From: Lama glama
Taxonomy: Eukaryota
Reading direction: 5' to 3'
Length of the DNA stretch: 64,000 nt
Assembly (NCBI GenBank): GCA_028534125.1
Contig: CM052817.1
Location: forward strand, 100,132,001-100,196,000
Shown: positions 38,351 to 51,258 of the stretch, in pieces
Numbering within the stretch: position 1 is the stretch's first letter
How the letters are laid out: every line of letters begins with the position of its first letter
The notes under the pieces: model-generated
Databases searched by the model: none
What the model saw: only the letters and a program-made list of their open reading frames with translations
What the model was told of the DNA's origin: nothing
Translations under genes and position numbers: made by a program

Positions 38351-39724
38351 TGGCCCCCCAAAAATTTTCTTTCCCGTCTAGTTATGAGGAACACCTATTT
38401 GAAGAAGCAAATATGACAGCCCAAGGTAGTTCTAAAGGACAAATTCTGACTCCTTGTCCTCCAGTAGTTAATTTTTGGCTGAGTGACAGTCAGATTTCCT
38501 TTGCTTCAGTGAATATGAGGAGACGTAGAGGCTGGCTCATACCCCGTGGGTTTGCCAGGTTCTGGACCAAACCCCCAGCGATGTCTCAGGGCTGTTGACA
38601 ATTCCTAGCATATAAGTTTCCCAGGGGCTTGGCATATACATGGCCAAGTCATGTTGAAAGTAGACCAGGTTTCCATGCATTGAGGTCTCATAACATGGGA
38701 CTGTGCATCAGGGCACCAGTCAGGGACAGAGGGTCATTTTGAAATCTTGCACAAAGCTACTTATTGCTCTGAGTCATACATTCAATATAAGTGGCGGGTG
38801 GGACGGATCTAGACTAACAACCTGGAACCAATCCCACAGCCTGGGTCAGAGGAAGGGAATGGTGCTGGAACCCCTCTGACCCAGGGGCCCATCCCCATGG
38901 GCTGACCTTAGAAATGATGGTCAATGTCACCTGAAGACAGGAATGCTCAGAGCCCTGCCCTTGGAGCGTGGGCAGTTTTGCCATGCGTGCTGCACCACCA
39001 GCCCTGGCTGGCTTGGCGTCTGGCTGAACACTGAGAGAAGGAGCACCATGGGGGTTGCTCTGAGTGGGGCATCTATTTCTCTAGCAAGACTGTCAGCAGC
39101 ACCAAGCCCTCAGCCAGCCACAGACCCAAGGCTGACCCTGGCCCATGGTGAGAGAATCCAGTCTTGAGGGGGTGTCTGAGCTCCTGGTGGGTGCCAGCAG
39201 GTAAGTGGCAAGGGGAACTGGTTCATGAGGATGTGAAGGTGACCCTTTGGGATCCTTGAGAAGGAAAATCCAGGAAAAGACAGTTCTCATAGCATATCTG
39301 GTCAGGTAGGGCCTTTGGCCAACTTAATTTGGATTTAAGAAGAAATTGTGATTTTCTTTGAACTGGCAGCTGGGATGATGTGAGAGATACGGATTGCAGG
39401 GATGAAGGGGGGTGAGAGGCGGAGGGACAGAAGGGCGCAGGCCTTGCATAAGGAGAGCACAACGTGTGTAAACATGAACACGCCCTCCACATCTGGGGAG
39501 CCTCGAGCACAAACCTAATTTTAACTACAGATAAGAAGACATTTCTACATCACTTTACCGTTTACCAAGAGTCTTCACGGAGTTTATCTCATTGTATCTT
39601 CACAATGATCCTAGGAAATATTAACATTTCATATTAATCTTTTCCAAGAGAGGAAACTGAGGCTCAGAGATGTTCAGTAACTTGCCAAGTTCACAGAACC
39701 AGTAAGCGATGGGTTTAAGATTCT

Positions 39725-39877
39725 TTTTGTTTGTTTTGTATGCTTTTTTTTTTAATGGGGGAAGGTAATTAGGTTTGCTTGTTTGTTTGTTTATTTAATG
39801 GAGGTACTGGGAACTGAACCCAGGACTTCATGCAGGCTAAGCATATGTTCTACCATTGAGCTATATCCTTCCTCCTC
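39725..39877 (-). mobile_element. Vic-1-like SINE
   Basis: T-rich tail, ggtaattaggtttg..., ggaggtactgggaactgaacccaggacttcatgcaggctaagcatatgttctaccattgagctatatcc. Confidence 0.85.
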
Positions 39878-40004
39878 ATTTAAAAAAAATTTTTTTACAA
39901 TACTTTACAGTTTACAAAACACCAGCAGCACACTGTCTCATTTAGTTCTTAAAACAATCTTATGAATTAGATTATATTTATAAGGTTTTAGTCACTTATT
40001 CAAT

Positions 40005-40124
40005 ATTTTTGGACAGGGGAGGTAATTAGGTTTATTTATTTTTTTAGCAGAGGTACTGGGGATGAACCCAGGACCTCATGCATGCTAGACATGCACTCCA
40101 CCACTGAGCTAGACCCTCCTCTCT
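40005..40124 (-). mobile_element. Vic-1-like SINE
   Basis: ggggaggtaattaggtttattt...gaggtactggggatgaacccaggacctcatgcatgctagacatgcactccaccactgagctagaccc. Confidence 0.85.
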
Positions 40125-41349
40125 GGTTTAGGATTCTAACCTTGGTGTCTGACTCCAGACCTCACCTGCTTGACCACAGTGGCTGTGAGGCTCCTGGCAT
40201 GGTTGTACCATGGGACGTGGCAGTGGGGCACCCTGACAAGAATGCGGGTTTTCTCTCTGACATCATTTGGAATTACTAGTTGGATGGTAACACGAAGCAG
40301 ACCAACTTTTAGTTTGTTCCGTCTTTGCAAAATCTCTACAGACAATTCACCCCCTTATTCCTTGTATCCAGGGCAAACCTCTCCCTCTGCCTTTCTTGGG
40401 GACCCCATGGCGATGACCCTTACTATTGGGCTCCAGACTGCCCATGGCAAGGCTTTGACAATAGAACACCTGTGTTTGTAGCCAGTGGCTTCCCAGAGCC
40501 TCGAGGAGAAACAATAGGTGGCCTGCTCTGGGTTTCAGGAGGGAAGTACAGACCTTTTCAGAAGGTATTTCACACTGGGGGTGAGTAGCTTCGTCCCACT
40601 GGTGCTAGAGAGACCTCTGCTCTCCCAACTAGGAAGAGAACCTGGGCCAGAGGCAAGAAAAGCCTGACTCTGCGGTGGCTCAGGCCAAATTCCCTCCGCA
40701 GAGAAGCAGAAGTTTCAGACTCAGCCCGGAGACAGCACAGCAGGGAGAGCAGAGATGGAGATGTGGCGTAGGCGGCAAGATTGACAGGCACATCCCTGAG
40801 GGCCATCAACCAGAATTTCCACCTGCGCTGGATATAGGCAAGAAATAGACACACAGACTGTAAGATTGGCATTTTCTGCACGTTTGATTAAAAACCAACA
40901 GCATTTTCTTAAGTGAAGTTACAGTTTCTGTGATAACCTTCCTCTCACGCTCCTTTGAAAAACAACCTTAAAGCAAGATCATTAGTCAGGTAACTATGCA
41001 AATGTCTGTGTTTACCCAGGTGCCACAGCAAGAAGTGCAAAATATTTTCATTCCTTGACTCTCAGGGTGAATTCTATTAGGAGGAACAGCTGGAGTCTGG
41101 CATTCCAGGCAGATACAGTACCAGCAAGTCGTCGGGGCTTAGCTGGAATTTCCTACCCGGTTTCGGAGTTACAAGACCTTCTGGGCACAGTCGGGGTGTG
41201 CAGATTACAGACAAGTGCTCAGCTGACCTGAACCTCCTGCATGGCCATTCACCTGGGGACACTACCCAGGGGCACTGACCGTCATGCCACAGTCCAAACT
41301 GCCCTCCTTAAATGTCTGACTACTCGGGGACCAGTTTAATTTCTCTTGA

Positions 41350-41765
41350 TGTGGGAATATCTTTTTGTTTTTGTAAATAACAAAGAATTACACTGTTAAT
41401 ACATGTTCCTTGTAAACCCAAAGTCCGACAATACAGAATTAAATAAAATAAACAATGAAAGTCCCCCCTTACCCTGTCTTCTGGTGATCTCACTGCCTCC
41501 CCATCCGTGATCACTGTGGATAGTTGGGGGAGAATTCATCCTGAACTTTTTCATGTGTTGTCACATCCATATTCTACATATAGACATAGGTAACACGTGT
41601 ATGTATGAATGTGTATCAGTGGGGCCCTACTATATACTTACGTTGTTCAGTGACTTGCTTTTTCCAATGGAGAATTTTCCACGTCAGTTCATATAGCTCT
41701 ACTTTACTCTTTTAATCGATGTGTACTATTTAATCTTTCCCCTAATATGGACGTTTAGATTATGG
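41350..41765 (-). mobile_element. Old L1ME-like 3' fragment
   Basis: gttaatacatgttccttgtaaa...gtgacttgctttttcca...tttccacgtcagttcatatagctctactttactcttttaa...ggacgtttagatt. Confidence 0.65.
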
Positions 41766-41976
41766 GAAGGTTATACCAAAGTAGTCCATCCTCCTTTCAC
41801 CCTTATATTGGCCCCAATCGTTTACAATTCTCAGAAAGGCTAGATCTGGAGCCACTGCCTTCTGGCAATTTGAGACGTGCAGGAAACTATCCCAGGCTCT
41901 TCTCTAGAGTCTCCCCCAAATCACGGCTCCCCTGAAGCCTGGAAATTTTAACCTTCATGTTTTCATCCTTTGGTTT

Positions 41977-42000
41977 GTGTGTGTGTGTGTGTGTGTGTGT
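41977..42000. repeat. (TG)12 microsatellite
   Basis: Seen directly. Confidence 0.95.
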
Positions 42001-42160
42001 TTTGTTCTCTACCACCAAGATCATCTTCTAAAACGTAGAGAAGCTGAGGGGAGAAGGGGGTAGGGACACAAGTTAACTCTTAATAAGAGTTCCTGTGCCC
42101 CTGAGACCAGAGGGCTTTACAAAGTGTAGACAATTCACACACAAGGTGATACTGTTATTC

Positions 42161-42390
42161 TTTTTTTTTAATTGAAATACAGCCGGTTTACAATGTTGTG
42201 TCAGTTTCTCGTGTACAGCATCATGTTTCAGTCATACAGATACATACATATATTCCTTTTCGTTATCAATTACTACAAGATATTTAACATAGTTCCTTGT
42301 GCTCTACAGTAGAACCTTGTTGTTCATCTGTTTTATGTATAGTTGTTAGTATCTGCAAATCCCAACTTCCCAAATTATCTCTTCCCACCT
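42161..42390 (-). mobile_element. Short 5'-truncated L1 3' end, same family as 15487-16734
   Basis: tttttttttaattgaaatacagccggtttacaatgttgtgtcagtttc; TSD gtgatactgttattc (42146-42160) / gtgttgctgttattc (42391-42405), 13/15 identical. Confidence 0.9.
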
Positions 42391-43544
42391 GTGTTGCTGT
42401 TATTCATGTACAGCACTTCATAAACCATGTCATGCGGGTCACACCACTTCCATCCCGAACCTTCATGTCCAGGCTGTTTTCTCTAGGAGGTGTGAAGAGA
42501 TCTAGAAGTTTGAAGAGGATGGAGTGGGTTGGAGAGGCACTGAAAGAGGATAGGGAGGAGAGCAAGAAAATGATGAAGACCTGAGATGCTGACAGCTCAC
42601 ATTACCCAGCTCACGGTGTTGCCTGGGGCTGACCCCGCTATCAGCCAGCATCTTTGCCTGCTGACTGGGCTTGAAAGTTAAAATTGGGTTCTTGTGGATG
42701 CTGGCCAATGACTTCCTTGCCATGGAAGTGATTGCTTTTTTGCTGGGTTTGCAAGATGTGAATTCATTCTTTTTTAATATCAGTAATACACAGTAAAGAG
42801 CTTAATCCAATTTACAAAGAAATAGGATCAGACAAGCCTTGAGAATACAATGTGCCTTTATGGCTCTAAGACATTAGTGCAGGAGAAGAGTGTCACCGAA
42901 GCAAGGAAATACCTTCCCTCACTACCAGCCTTCCTCATCAGGATCAGCGCACAGGAGTGACAGGACTGTGAGGCGTTTGGAGTTTTAGGGGTGCCTTTGG
43001 AACCTTCATTACTGTGATGCAAGAAAATTGGAACCGACTTACCCAGCAAGGCGCCATATTAATGTGTTGTTATTCATATATGTAAATGAGGCTTCTGACC
43101 CCCTCCCAGGAGAGAATCTATTTTAAAGTTGTTGTTCATGTAGAGAGCATTCTGAACCATCACCACTGCCTTTCTAATCTTTTGTAAGCAGTGATGCTCG
43201 TTTGCTAGATGTGGGACCCTGGCCAGAGGAATCCTCTGCCTGGACCGTGTGAAGGATGTGGCTCAGTGTCTCCATGGGCTTTTTTTGTGGGCAGGGATTG
43301 ATAGGGAGGTAAGGCTGGGAGTGGATGGGACCCCTGCCCATGAAGCTGCCACAGAACACAAACCTGTGGTCTATGTCCCCACATGTAAGGAGGTGCACCA
43401 GTCCGATACACTAATCTGGTGAGTGGGTGGCTGGACATCCCCAGAAGACTAGGATCCTGATAGTCAGGGAGGCAGGAGAGAGGGCTGGGCTCCCTAGTGG
43501 TGGTGGGGTTCCCACCAGGCTTCAGTGCAGTTAGGATCATACAC

Positions 43545-44100
43545 ATTTTTTGAATGTTGAGTCTGTGCCCAGCATGGTGCGAGGCTCAGCAATGATTAAA
43601 ACTTGGCCTTGCACTTGGGGAATTGATGAGATGACATCAGCATAATCTGCTGAGGTGCTATTAGTGCATGGAGGAGAGGTTTTCAACCCAGGATGGGAAT
43701 GATGGAAGACTTTCTGCAGAAGGTGAGCTGAAGTTGAAAAATGTGTCAAACCAGGTTATATTTTTAAGATTGTGGGGAGGACATTCTAGGCAGAGGGAAG
43801 AGCAAGAACATCAAAGTTACATGGAAACAGCATGGCTTGCTTCATGTGACTAGAGTTGCAAGAAATGGGACTAGAGAAGGAGGTAAAAGCCGGATGCTGG
43901 AAGGATGGATGTGCCCTTCCAAGAGGCTGGAACTCCAATCAGTAGGTGATATGAACTCCATCAAATGTTTTAAACAAGACAGTGACATGGCTTAACATGT
44001 GCTTTCATAGATCATGCTGGAGGATGTCTGGAGAAAAGAACAGTTCTTGAAGCTGGGAGACCACTTAGGAATCTAAGATAACAAGCCAAGGGAAACCCAA
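43545..44100 (-). mobile_element. L2 fragment
   Basis: tctgtgcccagcatggtgcgaggctc...ggaggacattctaggcagagggaagagc...gaagctgggagaccacttagga. Confidence 0.7.
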
Positions 44101-46469
44101 CGAGATTGGAACATGTGTGGAATCTGATCGGGAGGAGGTGGGGACAGAGGTGCAGGGACTCGAGCTGGGGAGCTAGGGAAAGAGAATTAACTAGGGCTGG
44201 CGGGTTGTCAGAGACCCAGATAAAGGAGAGGAGAATTCCAGCAACGGGCCCAGGAGAAGTTGGGTCTGACAGACAGGTCCCTCCTGGCCGGGACTGGGAA
44301 GAAAGCAACCAAAACAGGGAGAGTCCAGCTCTGTAAACATGTGGATGGTTGGGGCTATGATGTGTATGACAGAATCCTAGCTCGAGGCAGTGTGACATAG
44401 TCAAGAATGTACCTTCTGATGGAGATGGGGTCAGGATAGGCCTTGGAGGGAGGGACTGGAGGAGGACTGATAGGGTGGCGGTCTTTGGTTACTACAGCAG
44501 GAGGGGGCTGGGAAGGGCAGTAACTGGCATAGTCTGAACCCATCGCAACCCGCCCCTCCCAACCCCCCTGCAGGGGTGCACAACAGACAGGTCTATGGTG
44601 CTAAGCAAATCTGAGTTCCAGTCTTTTCTCAGGCACTCTTGGCAAATTGAGGAACTTCTCAGAATGGCAATATGTATGCCCACCTATAAAATAGAACTAA
44701 TAGTACCTACTTTCCCTGGTTTTTGTAAGAAGTCTGTGAAATGAAGACTACTTGCAGACTGATCAGCTGGAGTAAGTTCATTTACTCAGTGATTTTTCAT
44801 TCACTGTGTTTGTGTGAGGAGCTGGAGATCAATGGAGAACTTGACCAACAAGGTCCTTATCCTTCTGGAGATTCCGTAGCAAATCCTCAGCCTCACTGTC
44901 AGTAACGCTCAGTTTTCTGCTTTCTCTCCAAGTCACTGCCTTTGTTAGAGTGAATGCCATCGTGTGCAGAGTAGCACTTTGCTCAGCTTGCTTGGAGGAA
45001 GTCACTAAGGCAACAATTCCCACGTCTGGTTCCCACAGCAACACCCAGGGAGCTTCTCTGGGGAGCAGATTCCAGGCTCCATCACTGGTACTCAGGATCA
45101 GAACTTCCAGAATCTCCTCTTTCAGAGGAAGCTCCCAGGGGATTTGATGATGACCTGGGCTTGACAGTCCTGACCCAGTTCCTAGAGTGAAGACAGCGCC
45201 AGGCTTAGGACACACACACCACAGCAGGGTAGAGACCACACTGTGCCAATGTCGGGAATTGAAAAGAAGAATGAGAAAGTCTGCTCACTGTGTTTTGGGG
45301 TGGATTTGTTTCCTTGAGGGGAATTTTATGGTTATTTAATTAAAACATTCCACTTTGATCAAAGGTGTTGCTTTGACTTCTCGAGTATGAAATACGAGAC
45401 ATGAGAGTCGAAAACTTGTTAAATGCAAACATTTGCCAAGGGCCCTAAACAAGACAAGATATAATAAATAGTAGGCCTTCGAAATTAAGTGTCGACATCT
45501 GAGGAGGAACTAATTGTTCCTCTTCTTATGAACATTCACCCACATTCAGTTTTAAGCCCATGCTATTCTAATGATGTTTGCCATCAGCCACTTCTGACCA
45601 CAATGAAAAGAATTGCAGGGGGGTTCTGGTCATTAACTGGGGTTTGCACTATACTGCTGCTTGGTAGGAGGTTCAGATGCTGCAATCTTCATTCTGTGTG
45701 GACTGGAGAGAACTAGAGCTGCTTTTGCATTCGTAACAGAACATGAGGGCTGGGATACCTCACTGAGACTTATGCACAGCACAGAAGTTTCATCCCAGAG
45801 AATGGGGTGTAAGGACAGAAATAGAGGAGTTATCCAGCATTCTGCCCCAGGAGTGGGGATGGTGGGTTACAGCTGTGCCCTGACAGGCCCCGGGAGAGAG
45901 GAGCATAAAGACTTTAGGGTCCTGTCAGCTCCAAATTCATTCATTCCTTCACCCAATGTTTACTGAACACTGTTCTGGGCATTTGGGATAAATGAGGTTT
46001 TAGATCCATCTATGGCTACAGTAGGGCAAGGAGTCTCACAGCAGGGATCCAGGAAGGGCAGAAACACAGGGAGGTGGGCGCTCAGACCAAGGTGGCAGCA
46101 GTGGGGAGAGTGACCTTCCAGATGAATCGTCACATCTGGTTCCAGCAGGATTTCCTGGTGGGCTGTATGTGGGATGTGAGATGAAAAAGCAAAACAAAAC
46201 AAAATAAAACAAAAGAACAGGCCTAGATAATTGAAACAAAAAAAAAACAGAGCTAGAATAAATGTAGAATAAAACAATTACATTCACACTTTAACACTGG
46301 GCAACACCAGGGAGTGCTAGGGTAGTTAAAGGGGGTACCACACCACCTGGCAGCCCGGGTAAGTTGCTGGGTGCCATGGTGCTGTGGGGGGACCCCAGGC
46401 TTTGGTGTCAGAAGGCGTCCTCCACCCCTTCCCCACTTATTCCTACTGCTGGTTGAATCCATGGATGTG

Positions 46470-46635
46470 AAACTCTGGGCTATTCAGAGCACAGAGATAC
46501 TTGCTCTGTGATTCTGAAGAAGTGATTTGATCTCCCAGAACCTCAATTTCTTTATCTGTAATGTGGGGTGATGCTATAATAACATTTCTTCTGTAGCCTT
46601 TGTGAAGATTGAGATAATGTATGTAAAATGCTTCT
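46470..46635 (+). mobile_element. MIR fragment
   Basis: aacctcaatttctttatctgtaatgtggggtg...tgtgaagattgagataatgtatgtaaaatgctt. Confidence 0.75.
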
Positions 46636-46714
46636 TGTCCCCTCCCCCTTCCCTTGAGGAGCTGGATAAAGATTCCCAGCTCATCTTACTCTCATTCATT
46701 TCTTGTTCCCTTTC

Positions 46715-47111
46715 TGTGGTAGTCAGCTTAGGCCCCCATAACAAGATTCCACCGACTGAATGGCATCAACACAGAAATGCATTTTCTCCCAGTTCTGGAG
46801 GCTGGAAGTCCAAGATCAAGGTTCGGGCAGGGGTGGTTTCCTCTGAGGCCTCTCTCCTTGACTTGCAAGTGGCCGCCCTCTGGTTGTCTCTGCCCGTGGT
46901 CCTCCCTCTGTGCACAGGCACCCCTGATGTCTTTCCTCCTCTTATGGTAAGGACACCAATCCAATTGGATTAAGGCCTCATCCTAATGGCCTCATTTTAA
47001 CTTCATCACCTCTTTAAAGACCTTATCTCTCAATATGGGTACATTCTGAAGTACTGGGGCTTCAGACTTCAACACACGAATTTTAGGAGGACACAGTTCA
47101 GCCCATAACAC
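46715..47111 (-). mobile_element. MaLR LTR (MLT1B-like)
   Basis: ttctggaggctggaagtccaagatcaagg...ctgaggcctctctccttgacttgcaag...cacagttcagcccataaca. Confidence 0.9.
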
Positions 47112-50100
47112 TCCCTCTAGAGCCTGGGATTTTGTTTTTTGTTTTTTTACCACGGTCTGGACTAGGCTCCAAGCATCTTGACTGTTCCCTGTTTCTGTCT
47201 CCATCATCCACTTCCCTGCTTACATTTCAGTCCTGCCCTAGAGAAGGCCTAACAGGGCCTAGAGCAGGATCTTCTCTGAGGACCTGGAACCCGGCTCCTC
47301 AGCCCTTCTGCATGTTCTGGTGCAGTATCCACTGTCCTAAAAACATCCTGGAGACAGTGCCTGTCCCCACAGAAACTCTGATCCAAATTTTGCCTGTCAC
47401 GTGTCAATCGTAAGTTTCAATATCCAAATTAAAAATTTACATTTACTGGACTCTTACTCACTTCAAGACTTGTACCAGCTGCTTCCACATCTATTAACTA
47501 TTGTAACTGATTCAATTATGATTTAATTCAGGAAGGCTGATGGGATGTGGACCTGCACATTTTAAAAGTGCAAGCCATGATGTAATCTAAGATGTCTTCC
47601 CTGGTCCTAATGAAATATCTATTAGGAAAAAAAAAACAAATCAACATTTAAATATTTTTGTTAATGTGGTTGATACTATTTGCTGGGTTCATTCACACTG
47701 CAGTGTTCAGTTTATTTTTAGAAATGAGGGCAGGCTGTAGGGATTCAGGAGAAAATCAGGAAGACCAGAAACCTCAAATGGCCCCCAGGATGCCTAGAAG
47801 AGCCCACAGTGTAACCACCAGGACATTCAGGAACTTTGCCCCTTGTGGCAGCTGGCTTATCATGTAAGTCCAGCAGTAGCAGGCAGGCTCCATCTCCAGC
47901 ATTCCTACTTTGTGATACTCAGTGCCTCTGTCCCTGCTCCCACTATCTCTGCAGCTCTTGTGGAAAACTGAGCCTCCTTCTACGTAGTGTGTGTTCAAAC
48001 ACTCTGAGAGATGACTGGTCAGTCTGGTGTAATTGACCAAAGTAACCTGGGGGCAGAGGACTGTGGGTAGAGCACCTGAGTGGACTTCAGAAGGTCATTG
48101 GTTCTTTTCTACCATGAGCTTTTTACGTGAAGTGCTCTTGTTTCTTCATCTCCAAATGGAGGAGTGGGGAGAGATGTCTCACCTTGACTTAGGAGCTATG
48201 TAATGATTAGGTAGAAAGACAGAAAAGCCGCAGGTATTCTCTAATTGCAGAACAACCCAGGTATCAGAAACCCAGACAATAGACCTAATCAATTCAGCAG
48301 AAGACACCATTAGCACTTAGCTACAACGCTACCAGTTAGGAAACAAGCTGGTGGCTTTTACTGTATTATCCCTGAACTGCCGATGCTCTTCCTGCTGTTC
48401 GGAGCCTGTGCTGGAGTTGTGCAGAATTACTTTGTCAAGCCTGGCTCTTTGGGAGAGGGGAAGGAGAACAGAGCTGGGGGCACCCTCTGCTGTGAATAAC
48501 CATAAAATCCACCTTGAACAGCCGTGCAAAGTTGCAACAGAGATAAGTTGATTGGAATTGGCTTTGGCTTGCTCAGAAAAAAAAAAAAGAGAGAGAGAGA
48601 GAGAGAGAAGCATTTTGTTCTAGGAGGCCGAGTAGCAGAAAGCTCTGTTCAGGAAAGCAAAGATTTGTTCCCAGCAGACACCACCCCAGAGACCCAGTGG
48701 CCAGGCAGGTGGAAGAGAGTGGGTGCTAGGATACACTCCATGGTGCTTCTTCTTGTCAAGGTCAGGGGAGAGACAGGGTCTGATGCAGAAATGCACTTGG
48801 GAGCATGCCCCAAGCCTGACTGTCCACATGGTCCACCTCAGAATCTATGAACACGTCACTCTTGGAGGCTTAGAAGAACTCAGGTCAGGCTTATACAAGG
48901 GGAGTTTGGCTCTGGCTGAGGTAAAGGGACCTGGGAGGGGCAGAGAAGCTGTCCTTGCTGGTCCTGAAGACCTGGATTGAGCATTAGCTTAAGTTTAGGC
49001 TTCACTTAAATTTTGGTGACTCAAGGAAAGTAATGGCCAATTCAGGGTTTGGTTTTCTTCCCTGGCGTTAAGGATGGAGAGCTCCTTCTGAGAGGAGGTG
49101 GTGGGGGCAGGGAGAGAGAGAGAGTGTTATGAGAATTACTGGATGTTTGCGAGCAGCTTGGAGATCCTTCGCCCAAAGGCGCCCCGGATGTAGGCATTGG
49201 AGCAGGGCTCCCGGAAGCAGCAGAATGAATATGATTAAAGCAGCCAGTTCTTCCGGTTGGTCACAAATGAAGAAAAAACATCCAAACTGAGCAGCATAAA
49301 ATTATATGAAAGAAGCGGAGCCCTGAGAAATGATCTCTCCTCTTCTAGAACTGCATATCTAAGGTCTGTACCTCGTGAGTCCCTGTGGACCTGGTGCTTC
49401 TGGGGGACCAGGCTCCCCAGCTATGACAGCTGATTGCAAACCCAGGCTGGCGCTGGGGTGCTATCCATCACTCAGGGTTTCCAGGAAGATCTTATTCAGA
49501 AGCTGGGCTCTTAACAGACAAGGAAGAGTGTTAATAAAAGTTCTTTTTACTCAAAAGGGCACAGGGGGAAAAAAAAAACCAATAAAGCTGAGCTCAGCTC
49601 TTAAAAAAAAAAGTTGATAAAACTGACAAAAAAAATAAAGAAATAGTTTATCATGGTTCTAAAAGAAAGACGAGGGTTTTTCTTTCTCTTTTTAAAGGCA
49701 GAATTAATTAATCCACCACCACCACCTGCCTGAGCTTTGAATGGAAAGTTAGCTCTGACTCAAGGGGGTGGGTAAGTCCTCTGGACCCTGGATAAGCTTT
49801 CATTAAAGCAACTGTGTTTAAAACAGTGAATTTAAATTCATCTACCAGACAGAATAGGGCACCAGAAGGGGAGAAGGAAGCAAAATGAGTGTGCTGTTAA
49901 GAAGCAGCTCTTGAGAGAAGAAATGCAATTCTTTAAATCTCCCTTAGAGACAAGATGATGAAAATACTAGAACAACCATAGTGGCATCAATGATCCTAGT
50001 TCACTCTTCTTTCTCGGTCTTACCCAACTCCTCGCAGCTGTATCCTGGGGGTGCCTGCACCCCAGAGACTCAGGCTTATTTTACTCCTGTGTAATCATGA

Positions 50101-50759
50101 CGAAGGAGACTGTCACCTCTCGTTCCAACCAGTGGGGCTCAGGGACTAGTGAGGACAGCTGCCCCTGCCCCTCCCATGTCCCTTCACTGCAGCCAGAACC
50201 AACTCCCCCAGTGCAGGTCCCTCTGAGCCAACTCCCCTCCCCAGAGTGACATGTCCCCTACATCCTGAGATGGACCACTTTGGAGGCTCCTGATTTCATC
50301 TCTGTGCCTCCTCTTCTAGAACTGCACACCTAAGGTCTGATACCCTCCATCCCTCTGGTCAGTTTCCTCCCCTAGGGACTGAGTTCCACACTTGACCCCC
50401 AGGCTATGGTTCTAGCAAGTGTGGACAGATTTTGTGGAATTAGAATCACAGCCTGCCTGAGCATCTTAATTCCTTGTTGCTGCGCCCAGGTCCTGTCCAG
50501 ACGCCCAGGAGAGCTCAGAGCACCATGTCATCTTGGATGCTGGCTCTGTAACACCCTCTTGGGCCTTCTCGCCCTGACTCATTGGGGGTCTAGCATCCTT
50601 CGCATCTGGTCCATTCTACCAGCAACCTGGAGAAAGCCATGGAACTTGTGGAAAGTCTGGAAGGAAGAGAACAAACACTCTGCAAACACAGTTAAGCCTG
50701 CACGATGTGTACAGATATGTTTAGTGCTCAGATTTAGGTAAGTTGAGGATGAGTTACGT

Positions 50760-51258
50760 TCATTCATGGATTCATTCACATGTTATTCATTCAATAAAAA
50801 GATCTGAGAGCTTTTTAGGTACCAGGCCTCTTCTAGGTGCTAGGGATATAGCCGTAAACACAAAAATTCTTAGCCTTATGGAAGTTATGATCTACTAAGG
50901 AAGGTGGGCAATACACAAGATCAAGTGAGAAAAAGGTACATATACACTGTGGAGGGAACAAAGCAGAACAGAAGACAGGCCATATGGGTAGCTGTTGGGG
51001 TTTTAGATGGAGTGAGGGAAGGCCTTACTGAGAAGGTGATATTGAATGAAGACGTGAGGGATGTTAGGGAGTGAGCCAGGCCATGTGGGTACCTGGAATA
51101 GAGATTCCAGGGTAGGGAACAGCTAATGCTAAGGCTCTGAGGTAGGAGTATGGCTGGTCTGTGCCAGGAGGGCAATGGGCTGGAATAGAGAAAATGAGGT
51201 GAAGGTTAAGGAGGGTGGTCATTCAGAGCTTGTGGGTGGATGTCAGCCTGTGAAATGA
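50760..51258 (-). mobile_element. L2 3' portion
   Basis: ttattcattcaataaa...gtaccaggcctcttctaggtgctagggatatagccgtaaac...agggaaggccttactgagaaggtgat. Confidence 0.85.

Larger units (their letters stand above)
39535..40178 (-). mobile_element. MIR SINE split by a composite insert at 39725-40124
   Basis: gaggaaactgaggctcagagatgttcagtaacttgccaagttcacagaaccagtaag... resumes ...ggattctaaccttggtgtctgactccagacc. Confidence 0.8.

Noticed and set aside
27735..43045. Several isolated consensus donors on the minus strand (near 27738, 28873, 29658, 31455, 35701, 36936, 43042)
   Set aside because: Such motifs are expected by chance at this density and lack convincing paired acceptors or reading frames.
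48949..48969. REST/RE1-like half sites (TTCAGGACC...GGACAGC on the minus strand)
   Set aside because: The spacer is 5 nt rather than the canonical 2 and one half has a mismatch; too weak without ChIP data.
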